Below, piece by piece: positions 46,901 to 58,350 of a stretch of DNA of 64,000 bases. The notes beneath the pieces are model-generated. The model did not search any database. It was not told the DNA's origin and worked only from the letters and a program-made list of their open reading frames with translations. This stretch comes from Balanoglossus misakiensis (taxonomy: Eukaryota > Animalia > Hemichordata): positions 4,418,735 through 4,482,734 of the forward strand of contig CM082592.2 of the NCBI GenBank assembly GCA_040954595.2, read 5' to 3'. Both the position numbers and the translations under genes were made by a program. Position 1 is the first letter of the stretch; the number at the start of each line of letters is the position of its first letter.

Positions 46901-49900
46901 AACGTCAAGAAGACGGACGAAAGAACCACGGTATCAGACAGGAGGCGAGTGGAAGAGTACGATGGCGACACGTCACAGAGACTGCTGTATGAAGCGTCAC
47001 TGCCTGAAGACACGCCGCGAAAACAGCCGCCAGTCACCAGCCCGACTAAGCAAAGGTAGGGCCCCGGACACAACTGAAAGTGACCAGCTTAGCAACAGAG
47101 TGATTGTCAATGTGGTGGGCAATATCTTGCACTAGCTGGATTAAGTCCAGATGCTAAAACAGACAGACAGTTAAGACCCCCCGTGCTTAGATGTACTGGT
47201 GATATAGTTCACACAGGTCACTTTTGAAACAAGAACTTCCGGTACACTATAAATACCCCAAGCCTGAAAACGAAGAGGATCACTGTTCTTTACATGCAAA
47301 GCCCCATCAAAACGACCATCATGCTGTTGCTGGTTGGCCTGATTTAGTTGTACTTCCACTGGTTAGTCGATCCATGTATGTCCACTGGTACCATGCAGTT
47401 TGTGTCACCCTGCTTGTACTCGTCAATATTCATGTTTGTGTTCATGTTGTTAATGTAAGTGTTGATGTGTTATTGTTGTCACTTTCATTGTTGTCAGCGA
47501 CTTTGTCAATCATGTTCAGTGTTCTGTGGTGGTGTCTGCAACTTGTATTTAAGTGTGCGCCATGCTATGTGGCATTCTGTGTGGAGGGATCTTTGACTTT
47601 GAACGAGAGACTGATTGGGTGTCGTCTCACTTTCACTGTTATCAGCTAACCACTACTGCCAAGTGATGCTGAACTTTTTGACAAACGCCATCTTTCTGTC
47701 GTCGAAGCACATCTGTTTAAGGCTTCATACACCCCTAGAAATCTTGAAAAAAAAACCCACTCATGCCGAGTCCTTAATAAATAAAAGCAAATCCTGGAAA
47801 AGTGGTTTATGGACCCATAGTTTAGTAGCATTTGCTGAATGATTGTGTATACCACAGTACAAGTACTATGGATACTTTATAAAATGTCAAGATATGTTTT
47901 GCATCAGATATTCATCGACGGCTGCTGAGAAACTCTCGGAATATCATGGATTTTTGAAGAATATGGGTGTATGAACCCTGAATTCTGTGTGCAGCAGATA
48001 TACATGTAAACACCTGACAGTGTGTGATATTTCTTGTACCTGTGTTAATAGGTGGTTTGTGTAATGACTGGGGTGACTAATATCTTCAGAAATACCTGTG
48101 TTTGCTTAAATTGTTTTTGAAAAGACATGTTGCCCTTTTTAACTCCATGTTTGGGTCCACTAACAGTTGCTTCCATTGAAATATGTCATCTGTTCATTAA
48201 AATTAAGGTGTCTCTCTGTTTACATGTTTGTTTCTAGCCAGCTAACCACAACTACCAAAATACAGTAAGTAATCGTGGAATATGTGTTCTCTTTTTCGAT
48301 GTTGTTTGTTTTCTCTCTGTTGTTTCATTGTGAAAAAAACACCAAGCTTGCCAGAACTGCATGTTTTACTTTGCACTTGTGTATTGTAATTTGCATGATA
48401 TGTAACATAAAATGCACTTTATTTTCTCATTGAAGAAAACTTTGAACCACTCAAAAATAAAAATTAATAACCCCTTTTACATGTTTGTTATTTATATGCT
48501 TCACATATTTATTGCAAGTTCCTCTAAGTGCTGAAAATAATTAACTTTGCTCACAGTAATTTAATTTAACTAAACAAATTAGAACACATTCTCAAATTAT
48601 ATTTAGCATGAAAAATAACTACTATTAATGGTTAATGATTTATTAAAGTTTTTATTGACAGTAGAAGTTATTAGAAACGCACAGGATGGTTCATTTTTTT
48701 TTCAATCCTGTACCAAGAGTGCATTCTATGTTAAGTTTGAGGATATGATGCAGAATATTTTGTATCCTTTCACCACCTCCATTTGGTTCAATCTCATTAT
48801 TTACAATGGTACGGTTCAAACCATGTACAGCGAAACGGGGGGTGGTAGGGTTACGTTCTGCCATCTTTTGTCTGTCCTGTACTATCTGTGTGTTCTTCTC
48901 AATCAAAATCATCATGCCAGTGTGTGTGTTTTTATGATATCGTAAATGTGGTACCAGTAAATACTTTAGTAAATCGTGCATATCCATGTACAGTGATAAA
49001 ATGTAATGAATTATATCATTGATAAAAAAATTAATTTGTTCTTAAATTCTTAATTATGCCTGTATGAGATTTCTACATCCATTCCTGACATTGAAGTAAA
49101 CATTTGTATCAACAATTCCCATTTTAATCTTGAAAACCTGTTTTCTGTCTCTTTTATCAACTATTATGAAATTTAATCAGTTTTCACACACTACAGCTTC
49201 GTCAGTATAATAAGTAAATTGCATTATCTTCAGATCTGCAATGAGTATTCTGTAAGATGTCCTCTTCATATCACTAATGCACTGCCTTTGTGTTTTGCTG
49301 AGAGAGGTCCCTGCCAGTCCATTACTAAATGAAAAATTAAGAAAATGTGCAAATTCATATTTTTTTTAATATACTCAGATTTTTATCAAGTGACAACACA
49401 TTCTGTACAGCACAAATCCAGCCTTTTTCCAATCTTAAAAAAATATCGTAATATTTCCCCCGTCTTACTGGCATTGTCCAACCTTTTTCTTCTCCATTTC
49501 TTACTGCTGTTCTACTTTGGGTGTAGAGAAATCTGCAATCGGTGTAAGTCCATGATTTATGTTACTGCATGCAGGCAGACACACCTGTGGCTGTCTGTCA
49601 CAATTGTCATGGTGATTGCATGCTGTGGACGGCAAAAAAAAATAACCTGCACCAGACCGCTAAAAGCAATGTAAAATCTAACATGACTAGTGGCAGATAG
49701 TTATTTGTTTGAGAGCACAAATCGGTACGTCATGAAATTTTTCCCCTCGACTTTCCCATTCATTTGGCTACCCTAAATTCGGTCCCACCCTGCCCCTGCT
49801 GACATGCATGATGTCTTCAGTCAAAAGCACTGCCCTGTTCGCATAATCCCTAGCTACATACCCTGTGTAGGTAAAGATCCCAGCCACCTGTAGACTAGTA

Positions 49901-52900
49901 CTACCGACAGTTCAAAATCATCAGTCCCCTCACTCTGACCTATGACCTTTGACCTTGCAGCCCTGAAGCCTCCGAATTCGAGGGTTACAATGGCGAAGCC
50001 GCCGGCAACCTTCTTCCCAGGCGGCGAGTTCAGCGGAAAAGAGCCATCAAGTTCGAGGGCAGCGGGGATGCGGACCAAGGGTATGGGTTGAAACCGTCGC
50101 CGTCGGGGAGGACGGAAAACGAAGACGGCGATGATGTGGAGGAAATCGTTCATCCGGATGGAAAGGTGAGACTTTTGATAACTTCCTGAGAAGGATTGAT
50201 GGGTGACAATATTATTTTTTGTGTATGATGAGTGCTGTGTATCGATGGCCTTTGCTGTGGGATTGCAGGATTTGCGCAATATGGAAACTGCGTGCCCTGA
50301 CCGTCAAACATCGAGGGGGGGGGGGGGTGCATTTCACACAAGTAGATTACAGACGATCATCCTCCTAATTTGACCCCCCCCCCCCCACAAAATGTAGAGG
50401 GGGAGGGTAAATTCCCCCTTTGCTGTGGCACCCTGTATAAATCACTGAAAGGGTAGAAGTCCTGCAGATCTCTATATGAACTTTCCCCCCCCCCCCCATA
50501 TTTTAAAAACTGCCACATACCAGGGCATGTCACTTTGTTTGTACCAGGCTGTAACTAAACATTCCACAGTAGTACATTGTTGCTAACAGAGAAACAACAT
50601 CGCTAGGTAACGTTGCTACCTAAATGAAAGGCAGGATTTGATGTACAGTCAGCATTTGAAAGAAAAGTCATTGTCATAAAAGGGCGTACTAACTTTAACA
50701 CAGACCTAATACATACCCATGGTGATAAACGTAGCATAGCGCTCTTGACCACTGAGTCATTCAGACTTCAAGCTGCAAAATCATGGATCCCCCCTTAGCA
50801 ACGCAGCCCTTCTAATCTCTTTTAAATCTGCCGTAATCAACCTTGTTATCAGAAGTTTATTGCCATCACCAACAAAGCAGTATACTCTGTGTACTTGGTT
50901 GGTTGGTTGTGGTATAGCTGGGATTTCCAGCTTCGATATGCAAGGGCCCCACTGAATGTCACATGACATGCTGGCTAGTTATACTTTGCGAAACAACGAA
51001 ACAGCGAAACGAAACAGCGAAACGACGAAACCATTATTAAAATAGGGGCCAGTCATCAAGACGGTGGCGTATGATTTTTTAAAAAGTTTCCAAAAAAGTT
51101 CCTGGTCTGCGGCCTGGTACTAGTGGTTGCGCGCCAAAAAAGAATCCCGCCCCAAAAGGTCAATGTACGAGTATATTCACAGGGCTAAGGATTAGTTGAA
51201 ACAAAGCAGTAGTGTCCGTAAGCTTTCGAGGGTCAAACACTGATGGGGGGTAAGAGTAGTAGTTATATATAGAAACACATGTAACTCACACAACACAGTA
51301 TCATTGTCGAAATTTCTTTATTATCTTAATTGCAATTCATGCCTCCCCGCCTTGTGGTATTTAAGGAAATAGTGACAGTTGCTGCCGCATTTTGAGGTTT
51401 CGATCTTTTGTGGTTTCGTTGTGCGCGCGCGTATATTCACTGTGTATATGTAGCAGTTTGGCATGAATCGTTTGCGCGCACACGACGTCGACTCTACCAC
51501 TACATAGTACCAGGCCGCAGACCAGGAACTGGCGACCCGCCGTTTGTTTCCAACGTCAAATTTGATTCTAATGTTGAATTTCCGAGAAAACAATTTATCT
51601 GACCTGTAGTTTTCTTGGCTCGCTTACGTTTTAATTTGGAAACTTTTAAAAAAATCATACGCCACCGTCTTGATGACTGGCCCCTATTTTAATAATGGTT
51701 TCGTCGTTTCGCTGTTTCGTTGTTTCGCAAAATATAACTAGCCTGACATGCTTGGCATTCTGGCAGCAAGAAGTTGCACACCCAGCACTCAACCACGACA
51801 TTGGCGGAATTGTTCCTTTTTTTCATATCAGCCCAGTTTATCTATTCGTACATTTGGATCATTTTCTTTCAACTTTGATTATTTCACCGTGATTGAACTC
51901 TCAAAGTTGTGTAAGAAATGGACTTGTAAATTTGATTATACAATATACTGAGGTACATCCCCACATATGGCCACCTGTGTATTTTGCGTTTGTGCTGAAG
52001 TCAAAAAACAAGAATCAGGCACTTTGATATAAACCATACCGAAGCAGTCTGGTATGGGAACGTATACACTCATGACACTGTCAATTCACATATTCCCAAA
52101 CCTCATAACATGAAAAATTAAAATAAGGAAGTGACTGAATATGAGTGAAGTAGTTTGGTCTATTTAAGGTTGGCTGGTGACATCTAAACAGAGAATTCTC
52201 TTATTTTGTTGACTGTGGAACATGGCTTCAATATTGTGTCTCAGTATAGTGACCAGTCATTCCATAGACCTGCAGATGATCCCCGCTGAAAGTCTGTTTC
52301 TGCTGTTCATCAAATATCCGGGAATATTTGGGAATACTTTTGCTAACCCGCGCAACTGACTCTTAATGGCTTCTGTTTCTGTGTGAAATCCCCCCCCCCC
52401 CCTCACAGGTGGAGTGTCTGTATCCCAGCGGGCGACGGGTTATCACGTTCACCAACGGCACCCGGAAGGAGATCAGCCAGGACGGCCAGACCATTATCGT
52501 CTCCTTCTTCAACGGCGACATCAAACAAATCATGCCGGACCAGCGAGTGGTCAGTATTATACCTCTCTTTGAATTTGTCTGTCCATCTGTGGCATTTTAT
52601 AGCCGCTCAGAACAACAGCCCCACGGCTCTGACCTCGATGAATTGTGTCTTTTCGTTGAAGTGTGACACTGACATGTGCTTGAAGTGCTTAGTTCGGTGA
52701 TGAAAAGGCAGCCAACATCTGCCTAGCCATCTACATCTGTTAAGGTGGTGCTGCATGTTACCTGCATGTGATATTGTCAAAGCCACATTTCGCATCACAG
52801 ACAAGCTGGGAACCCCCACAAAACCATACTCTTTCATGAAGCTGAGGGTCTGAACTTAAGAATGTCTCTGAAAGGGACATTAGCTGTATCTTTTGGCTTT

Positions 52901-55435
52901 ATTTTCAGTATTTTTGTTCTACTCCAAACATCATGCTGATATACTCAGTGCTCAGCTTGTCAATATAGCCTGTATGTGTGGTACTGTTGACAAATAAATT
53001 CTAGTCCGGACTAAAAAAATTGCACAATAACAACACTGACTATATAAATACAGGTTGTGTCAATAAGCTGGATACTGGGCAGTTTATCATGTTTCAGGGA
53101 TTTTTGAACAAGAAACTGCAGTAGATACACAAAACAAACATACTGAAATTGTAGCGGAAAATTACAGCTACTAGGTCTTTAAATATTTCATTTGAAACAC
53201 AAGCTTATCTGGGTAAAAAAAATATTCTGTTTCGCATCTTCTACCTGCTCTTGTAATTCAATGACAATTGACAGTTCTTGGAAGGGTGCTTCCATCTTTT
53301 CACTGAATATGCCTGCATTCAGATTTTTTTATATGTCCCAGACACAACTCCTTGAAATCCTAATAGTGCATCAGGGAAATTAGCTGATGAAATTTTAAAT
53401 CTCTGGTTTTGTTAAGGGTGGTACCCAGGTATATGTTACCGGGGTTCCCGACTCATTTTATCTGGGGTTCTCCTTGGTAGATGAATTCAGTCATAATTCA
53501 TGGACAGCAGAAGCGTGACCAGGGTTCCCAAATCATATACCAAATGTTTCCCAAGCTTACAGCACTGTAAATTTTATTGTAAAGCAATTTATTTATGGAA
53601 AGAAATACAATCTGTATTGTGACGCGATGTGACAAGCAATGTATTTGTGGAAAGAAATATGATGCAGCATTTTCAAGAGGAATTTGCTAGCTTTTACCGT
53701 AAGGATCTTCTTGAAATGAGTTTTACAGTATACCTGGTACTCCACTTGTTAACATAGCCTGTTTGTACGTACGGTAAGGGCCATTGTTATTGATGACAAG
53801 TGAATTCTAGTCCAGACTTGAATTCATATTTCGCACAATGACTGAGTATACATATAAATGTTGTGATGATACGCTAAAATGCTGGACATTTCATTATATT
53901 TGAGGAATTTGAATAAGAAATTGCACCAGATACACAAAACAAAATTGTTGAAGCATAGTGAAAAGATACAGCTAATTGAGCTTTATATACATGTAATAAT
54001 TCCTTTGACTTTCAAATTTTTGCAGATCTACTATTACGCGGAAGCCAAGACAACTCACACTACATACCCGGATGGCTTGGAAGTTTTGCAGTTTCCAAAG
54101 TAAGGAATTTCAGTAAAATACTCAATCATCAACATGTGTGTGTGCACTAAAATAGACTACATGGGCTTGGTATGTTCCTGGAAGGTCCTGGAATGTAAAA
54201 AAAAAAAATTGTGGAGATTCTTTGGAAGTGTTGGGCAAATGAAATGTACTCATGAAAAGTTGCAATTGGAAAAACTAAAGATTCAGTTAAAGCCCCTATA
54301 GCTGCCAAATTTCACATATTTTTTCCACAGTAAAATACTTCAAAGTAAAAGAGGCTTGTGTTATGCACAGCTGACCTTTCCTATGTATAAATATATAACC
54401 AACCAAAGATTAATAATGTAATAATTTCTTCTCTTTTCCACAGTAATCAGATTGAAAAACACTATCCCGACGGAACCAAAGAAATCACCTTTCCCGACCA
54501 CACCATCAAATACCTCTTCCCAAACGGGTCGGAAGAGAGCATCTTCCCGGACGGAACCGTCCTCAGAGTGGACAAAAACGGGGAAAGGACCATGGAATTT
54601 CCCAACGGACAGCGGGAAGTCCACACGCCTCAGTATAAGGTAAAGAGAACCAGATTTTAAGTTTCAGAGAAATAAAAGTGTTTCATTGCTGGTGCAGGTC
54701 AGCTGGAAATGGCACAATATCCAATTAAATAATCTAATTACGCAAGGTATATAAAAATTACCAAATCCATGAGATTAGAGAATGTACATCTTCATATACC
54801 TAGATTTAATTCCTTAAGCGTATACAGGAAAATACACATCTGGCTTTGCTCGTTGAGTATTTAATTCCAAATATGCCAATTTTCCCCATCGGGTCTTATA
54901 TTTGCAAAAATAAATGCTCTTGTCTTCTGATAACCTCTAAAAGACCCGCACATTGCAAAGCTTAAAGAATCCATGCCCATTATATACTATTAAAGTATTA
55001 TCAGGCTTGTTACTGTTGAGCATATGATAGGGATTAATGTGCATGTTTCATAATTTCTCGAAGTTTAATGAGCTTAAACATGACTTCCAACTCCACAAGG
55101 AGATAATAGTATAAGATTGCGCTAGAACAAACCACTCCTTTTATTAAAAATCAGCGCAGAAGTATTGGTGAGAAAATCACGGGTCTCTAAACAAATTAAA
55201 ACATGGATGAATATTTGATGTTGAAATTTCATTCTCGCTGTAATTTTACTAAAAAACCTGGAAACACTTCACTCACTCCGTGTTGTTGTGCAATGGTCTC
55301 TTTCAGAAACGGGAGTATCCCGACGGAACTGTGAAGACAGTTTATCCAGACGGGCGTCAAGAAACCAGATATTCCAACGGCAGAATACGAGTCAAGGACA
55401 AAGAGGGACGGATTATTGTAGACCGAGTTTGCTAG
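22203..55435 (+). CDS. CENPJ: Centromere protein J / CPAP / SAS-4 centriole assembly protein, ~1313 aa
   Basis: 18 phase-consistent coding exons: 22203-22647, 26368-26568, 28208-28410, 33200-33427, 36276-36422, 37694-37954, 38404-38625, 41673-41777, 44229-44673, 45211-45503, 45663-45860, 46175-46348, 46781-47055, 49961-50165, 52409-52549, 54026-54099, 54444-54639, 55307-55435 (3942 nt). Conserved motifs: WTSRAGVVL; PN2-3 tubulin-binding region ([15 protein letters not shown]...[13 protein letters not shown]); [19 protein letters not shown]; [16 protein letters not shown]; [15 protein letters not shown] coiled coil; C-terminal TCP/G-box repeats ([37 protein letters not shown]). Confidence 0.96.
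26556..26800 (+). repeat. ~95-bp tandem duplication (about 2.5 units) spanning a CENPJ splice donor
   Basis: The unit atacagtgRggaggtagggattgtca...gggaagatttata...caagtcact.gatattggg...gggcaa repeats at ~26556, ~26651 and ~26749. Confidence 0.85.
28487..28698 (-). mobile_element. MITE, second (inverted) copy of the 9283-9493 family
   Basis: tactgtaaacactttattttcgcgag...ctcgtgaaaataaagtgttttacagta. The internal gatatcgagagaggccact is the reverse complement of that in the first copy. Confidence 0.88.
30845..31027 (+). mobile_element. Right half of the palindromic Kolobok-like MITE
   Basis: attcattttggcgagt...caagtgggatggaagtt...tatccacatgta...cttgtatcaaacataattaatggaaaaagggcagcgagagagag...gtccctttaa matches ~58180-58350. 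Confidence 0.8.
36442..36714 (+). mobile_element. Kolobok-like non-autonomous DNA transposon with TTAA TSD
   Basis: TTAA-ggtagtatgc ... gcaatactacc-TTAA; same family as 8570-8917 and 63690-63790. Confidence 0.8.
37580..37668 (-). mobile_element. ~90-bp piggyBac-like MITE, intact copy
   Basis: TTAA-ccctttcacc ... ggtgaaaggg-TTAA: perfect inverted termini and TTAA duplication. Confidence 0.85.
40849..40970. repeat. Degenerate (TG)n microsatellite
   Basis: TG runs interrupted by repeated gcagtgga units. Confidence 0.9.
41853..41959. repeat. (CATA)n tetranucleotide microsatellite
   Basis: About 26 perfect CATA units. Confidence 0.97.
42208..42286. mobile_element. 79-bp piggyBac-like mini-MITE with a different internal sequence
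   Basis: TTAA-ccctttc ... gaaaggg-TTAA termini. Confidence 0.65.
43098..43197 (-). mobile_element. ~90-bp piggyBac-like MITE copy
   Basis: cctttcaccccc...cagttccctatatagaggtccaa...gggtttggactgaaccatggtggtgaaagggttaa, closely similar to 37580-37668. Confidence 0.82.
45946..46135. repeat. ~23-bp minisatellite (about 8 diverged units) filling most of a CENPJ intron
   Basis: Consensus catatcttttgaccatatatggg. Confidence 0.85.
46381..46474 (+). mobile_element. ~90-bp piggyBac-like MITE copy
   Basis: ttaacccttttcaccgctatggttcagtc...ggacctctaaagagggaactgggggtgaaggcgtta is a reverse-complement homolog of 37580-37668. Confidence 0.82.
48238..48264 (+). CDS. CENPJ: Candidate 27-nt in-frame CENPJ microexon (SQLTTTTKI)
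   Basis: gtttgtttctag|ccagctaaccacaactaccaaaataca|gtaagt. Length is a multiple of 3 and the exon is stop-free in the phase-2 intron 47056-49960. Confidence 0.55.
48762..48855 (+). mobile_element. Old, diverged relative of the ~90-bp MITE
   Basis: cctttcaccacc...ttggttcaa...ggggggtggtagggtta has similar length and termini. Confidence 0.5.
49234..49251 (+). CDS. CENPJ: Candidate 18-nt in-frame CENPJ microexon (SAMSI)
   Basis: aattgcattatcttcag|atctgcaatgagtattct|gtaaga. Frame-preserving and stop-free, with TGC just upstream of the acceptor. Confidence 0.4.
50973..51743. mobile_element. Intact non-autonomous Mutator-like (MULE) element, 771 bp
   Basis: Perfect 9-bp TSD TGACATGCT (50964-50972 and 51744-51752). 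Near-perfect inverted termini of ~110-120 bp begin GGCTAGTTATA and contain tandem CGAAAC units. No transposase ORF. Confidence 0.92.
52869..53182. mobile_element. Diverged palindromic Kolobok-like MITE (second family)
   Basis: aaagggacattagctgta ... tacagctactaggtctttaa termini with imperfect internal inverted symmetry (tttcagtat/atactgaaa, gcctgtat/atacaggt). A further decayed copy lies at ~53746-53975. Confidence 0.65.
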
Positions 55436-57994
55436 TCATTTTAGCGCAGAAAAATAATTCCCTGAGAGAAGAAACCCAAGCATCTGTCGTCGTCACCTGA
55501 AACATTTTCTCAGAGGACAATTTGTAAACTATATTTTATGCTTGACGTACCGTAGAAGTAAACAGAAATACTTTATATAAATGGTGGGTTTTGCAACGGG
55601 ATGAAAATTTACAGTTTTGATACTGTGCTGACCCATGTGTGGGTCAAAGGTCAAATAGGGTATTGTTGTTATGGCAACATCTTTTTGTGTAAAATTCATT
55701 TTTCAGAAACCTGAGACCTGGCCAGTAAAGTAGAATAAGAGATAAGCTCTGTTGATATTTTTTTTGCATTTTATTTTTTAGAGTAGGAAATAGATGCAGG
55801 AAGAGACAGCAATTATAGCTGTAATATGAGTTTTTCTCATAGTATCAATATATATTGTGTATAAAAGAACAATAGTTTTATTATTATCATCAAGGTTGTT
55901 TGTTATTTTGAACAAAAGGACCATGACTTATGGGATTGAGGAGTTGCTCATTATTATATATTTTGTATTTTTGTAGCATTATTAGTAAGTTATCTTTCCA
56001 TAACAAAACATTTTTTTCCAGAAAATTGTAACCCACAACCAAAGATACAAATCATTATAGAAGTATTAACATGATTTCTTTTCTGTAACATCTGACTAGT
56101 ATGTAAATTTGTACAAATATGTTACTGGATTTGAAAAAAAAAATTTCCTCTGAAAGTGTCATGGATGAGGTGACGATATCGCGACCATTTAGTCTAATTC
56201 TTATTTGTCTGTATCAGAAATATAGTTATTGATTGTAATAACTATCCGAAAATATGGAAGTGTAAGTTAATGCATTTTTTTCCATAAATTTTTTTAAAAG
56301 TTTTTTTTTTTATTAAAGATGGTGGATTGTAAAAGTGATAATGGTGCATGGTAGCTTCCATCTTCTGCATTTATGAAAAAGTCAGGAATTAGGATTTTAG
56401 ATGGTGCAAGTTACGTAATACAGGTCAACTGATGTATCTGGTCACTCCTGTTGCACAATACAAATATACACAGATGTACACTTGTCCAAAGAACAGAAGG
56501 ATTAAAAAAAATTATAATCCAAGCTGGTTGACCAATTAAAAAGAAGCCTGCATATGTGTCGTTTGATAAAAGGGAACATTTGCCTTTTGTTTTCATTTCA
56601 AACGGTTTTTATTTCGTATTGTTGAAAACATTGGAGGCTTGCTTTATTTCTGTCAACATCTGTGGCCAATGTTATAATCCCATTGCTCTGTGGTTTACAT
56701 AATCTCTGATTAATGTAGGAAGGAAGTACTGCAGAATATGCGACGTTCTGGTAGTTTTTCTTTTCTTTTTCAAACTTGTAATCTTCATCAAGTTTGCGGT
56801 TAAGTTACTATAAGATTAAAAATAATGCCTATGGCCTTTAGTTTTATAGTGGAAAATTTCATAAATCTTGCCATGAGGTTCTAACACACTTCAAATCAAG
56901 CAAGGGAAACGATTCAATTTTGGGGTTGAAATTCCCCCAAGGTCTAGCTTTTGTCAGTAATATTGGCTAGACTTGTATTGTACAGACGGATTTGACGAAA
57001 TCTGTCAATTGTCCTTTTTTTCATGTTCTAAGTAGCTACTGTGAATCCTATACATTTGTTCAATGTTGGGCTCACAAATATTTTTCTGAAAAATGTACGG
57101 CAGACCGATAATTGTACTCGGGGAGGATTTTGTACAGTCTTGGGTGCTATGTTTTTTTTTTATAATCACCTATAAGGTACGTTTTCGTTTGTTTTTAGAA
57201 CGCATTCATAAGGCTATAAGTAAGAAATTAACACAAACATAATTCCATTAAAAAACCTGACATTTTTATATCTATACACACTATTTACATATTATCATTG
57301 ATAGTAATTTATGGGGTCACGTGTCTCTTTTTTCCAGCACTTCACATTTTACATTGTGATAATTCCAATAAGGCCAGAATTTGACCGACTGTTTGTCCCG
57401 AGCCTTGTGTAAGCCAGTTTTTGTGTCATTTGAATCTCCTCTATTTAATTTTTTTTCTTTGGAAGTTATCACTACATATAAATAAAATATGCACTTTGAG
57501 TGAGGAAAAAATATTCACTAGTAAATTTGTTTATGTTGAGGTGATCATGATGGTTCTGTGTTGATGTCTGATGTACTCATTAATATACATGCTCATTAAT
57601 ATTCATACTCATTAATATGCATTCACGTCATTTGCAGGCCTTTTCACTTGAGTGCTGGTCAGGCGGACAACTGCTGACCAGCGTGGGGAGAATCCTGTGG
57701 GTGGGGGCAGACTGTCCATGTTCCAATCCAACGAAAACAAGACACTTGATATATAAGTGCACTTCACCGAGATAATCGTATCTTAATAACAGCTGGCCAT
57801 TTGTGCATGACAGCTGTCTGCCATTTCTCTCAGTGTTTCTCTGTTTCTCGCCGTGCGCAAGTGTGTCCACGAGGCCATGATGAAGCAGGATTGCTCACTC
57901 TTTTCGTAACAGATCATCCTTGCGGTCCTTGCGAGCCTTATAAGACTTTCACAGATTTTATGTTTTGTCAAAATGGCGTGTGTATCTCTTAACG

Positions 57995-58350
57995 TTAAAG
58001 GGACAAAGTCTCTCTCTCACTGCCTTTTTTTCCATTAATTATATTTGATACAAGACACCGTTTGTTATTCCACATGTGGATATATACTGACTGAACGTTC
58101 AACCACACACAACTTCCATCCCTCTTATAGACAGGAGAGTGAAAAAAATAGCCAAAATGAATAATCGTTCTTTACCATTTATTCATTTTGGGCGAGTTTT
58201 TACTCTCATATCATACAAGTGGGATGGAAGTTTTGTGTGGTTGATCATTGATTCACTATATATCCACATGTACATTAACATAAACAGTGTCTTGTATCAA
58301 ACATAATTAATGGAAAAAAGGGCAGTGAGAGAGAGACTTTGTCCCTTTAA
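57995..58350. mobile_element. Full-length palindromic Kolobok-like MITE with TTAA TSD
   Basis: TTAA-agggacaaagtctctctctcactgcc ... ggcagtgagagagagactttgtccct-TTAA; the two halves are imperfect reverse complements almost to the centre. Confidence 0.9.

Noticed and set aside
49527-49870. Further 17-nt candidate exons at 49527-49543 and 49854-49870
   Set aside because: Neither preserves the frame alone or as a pair, so they were not annotated without transcript evidence.
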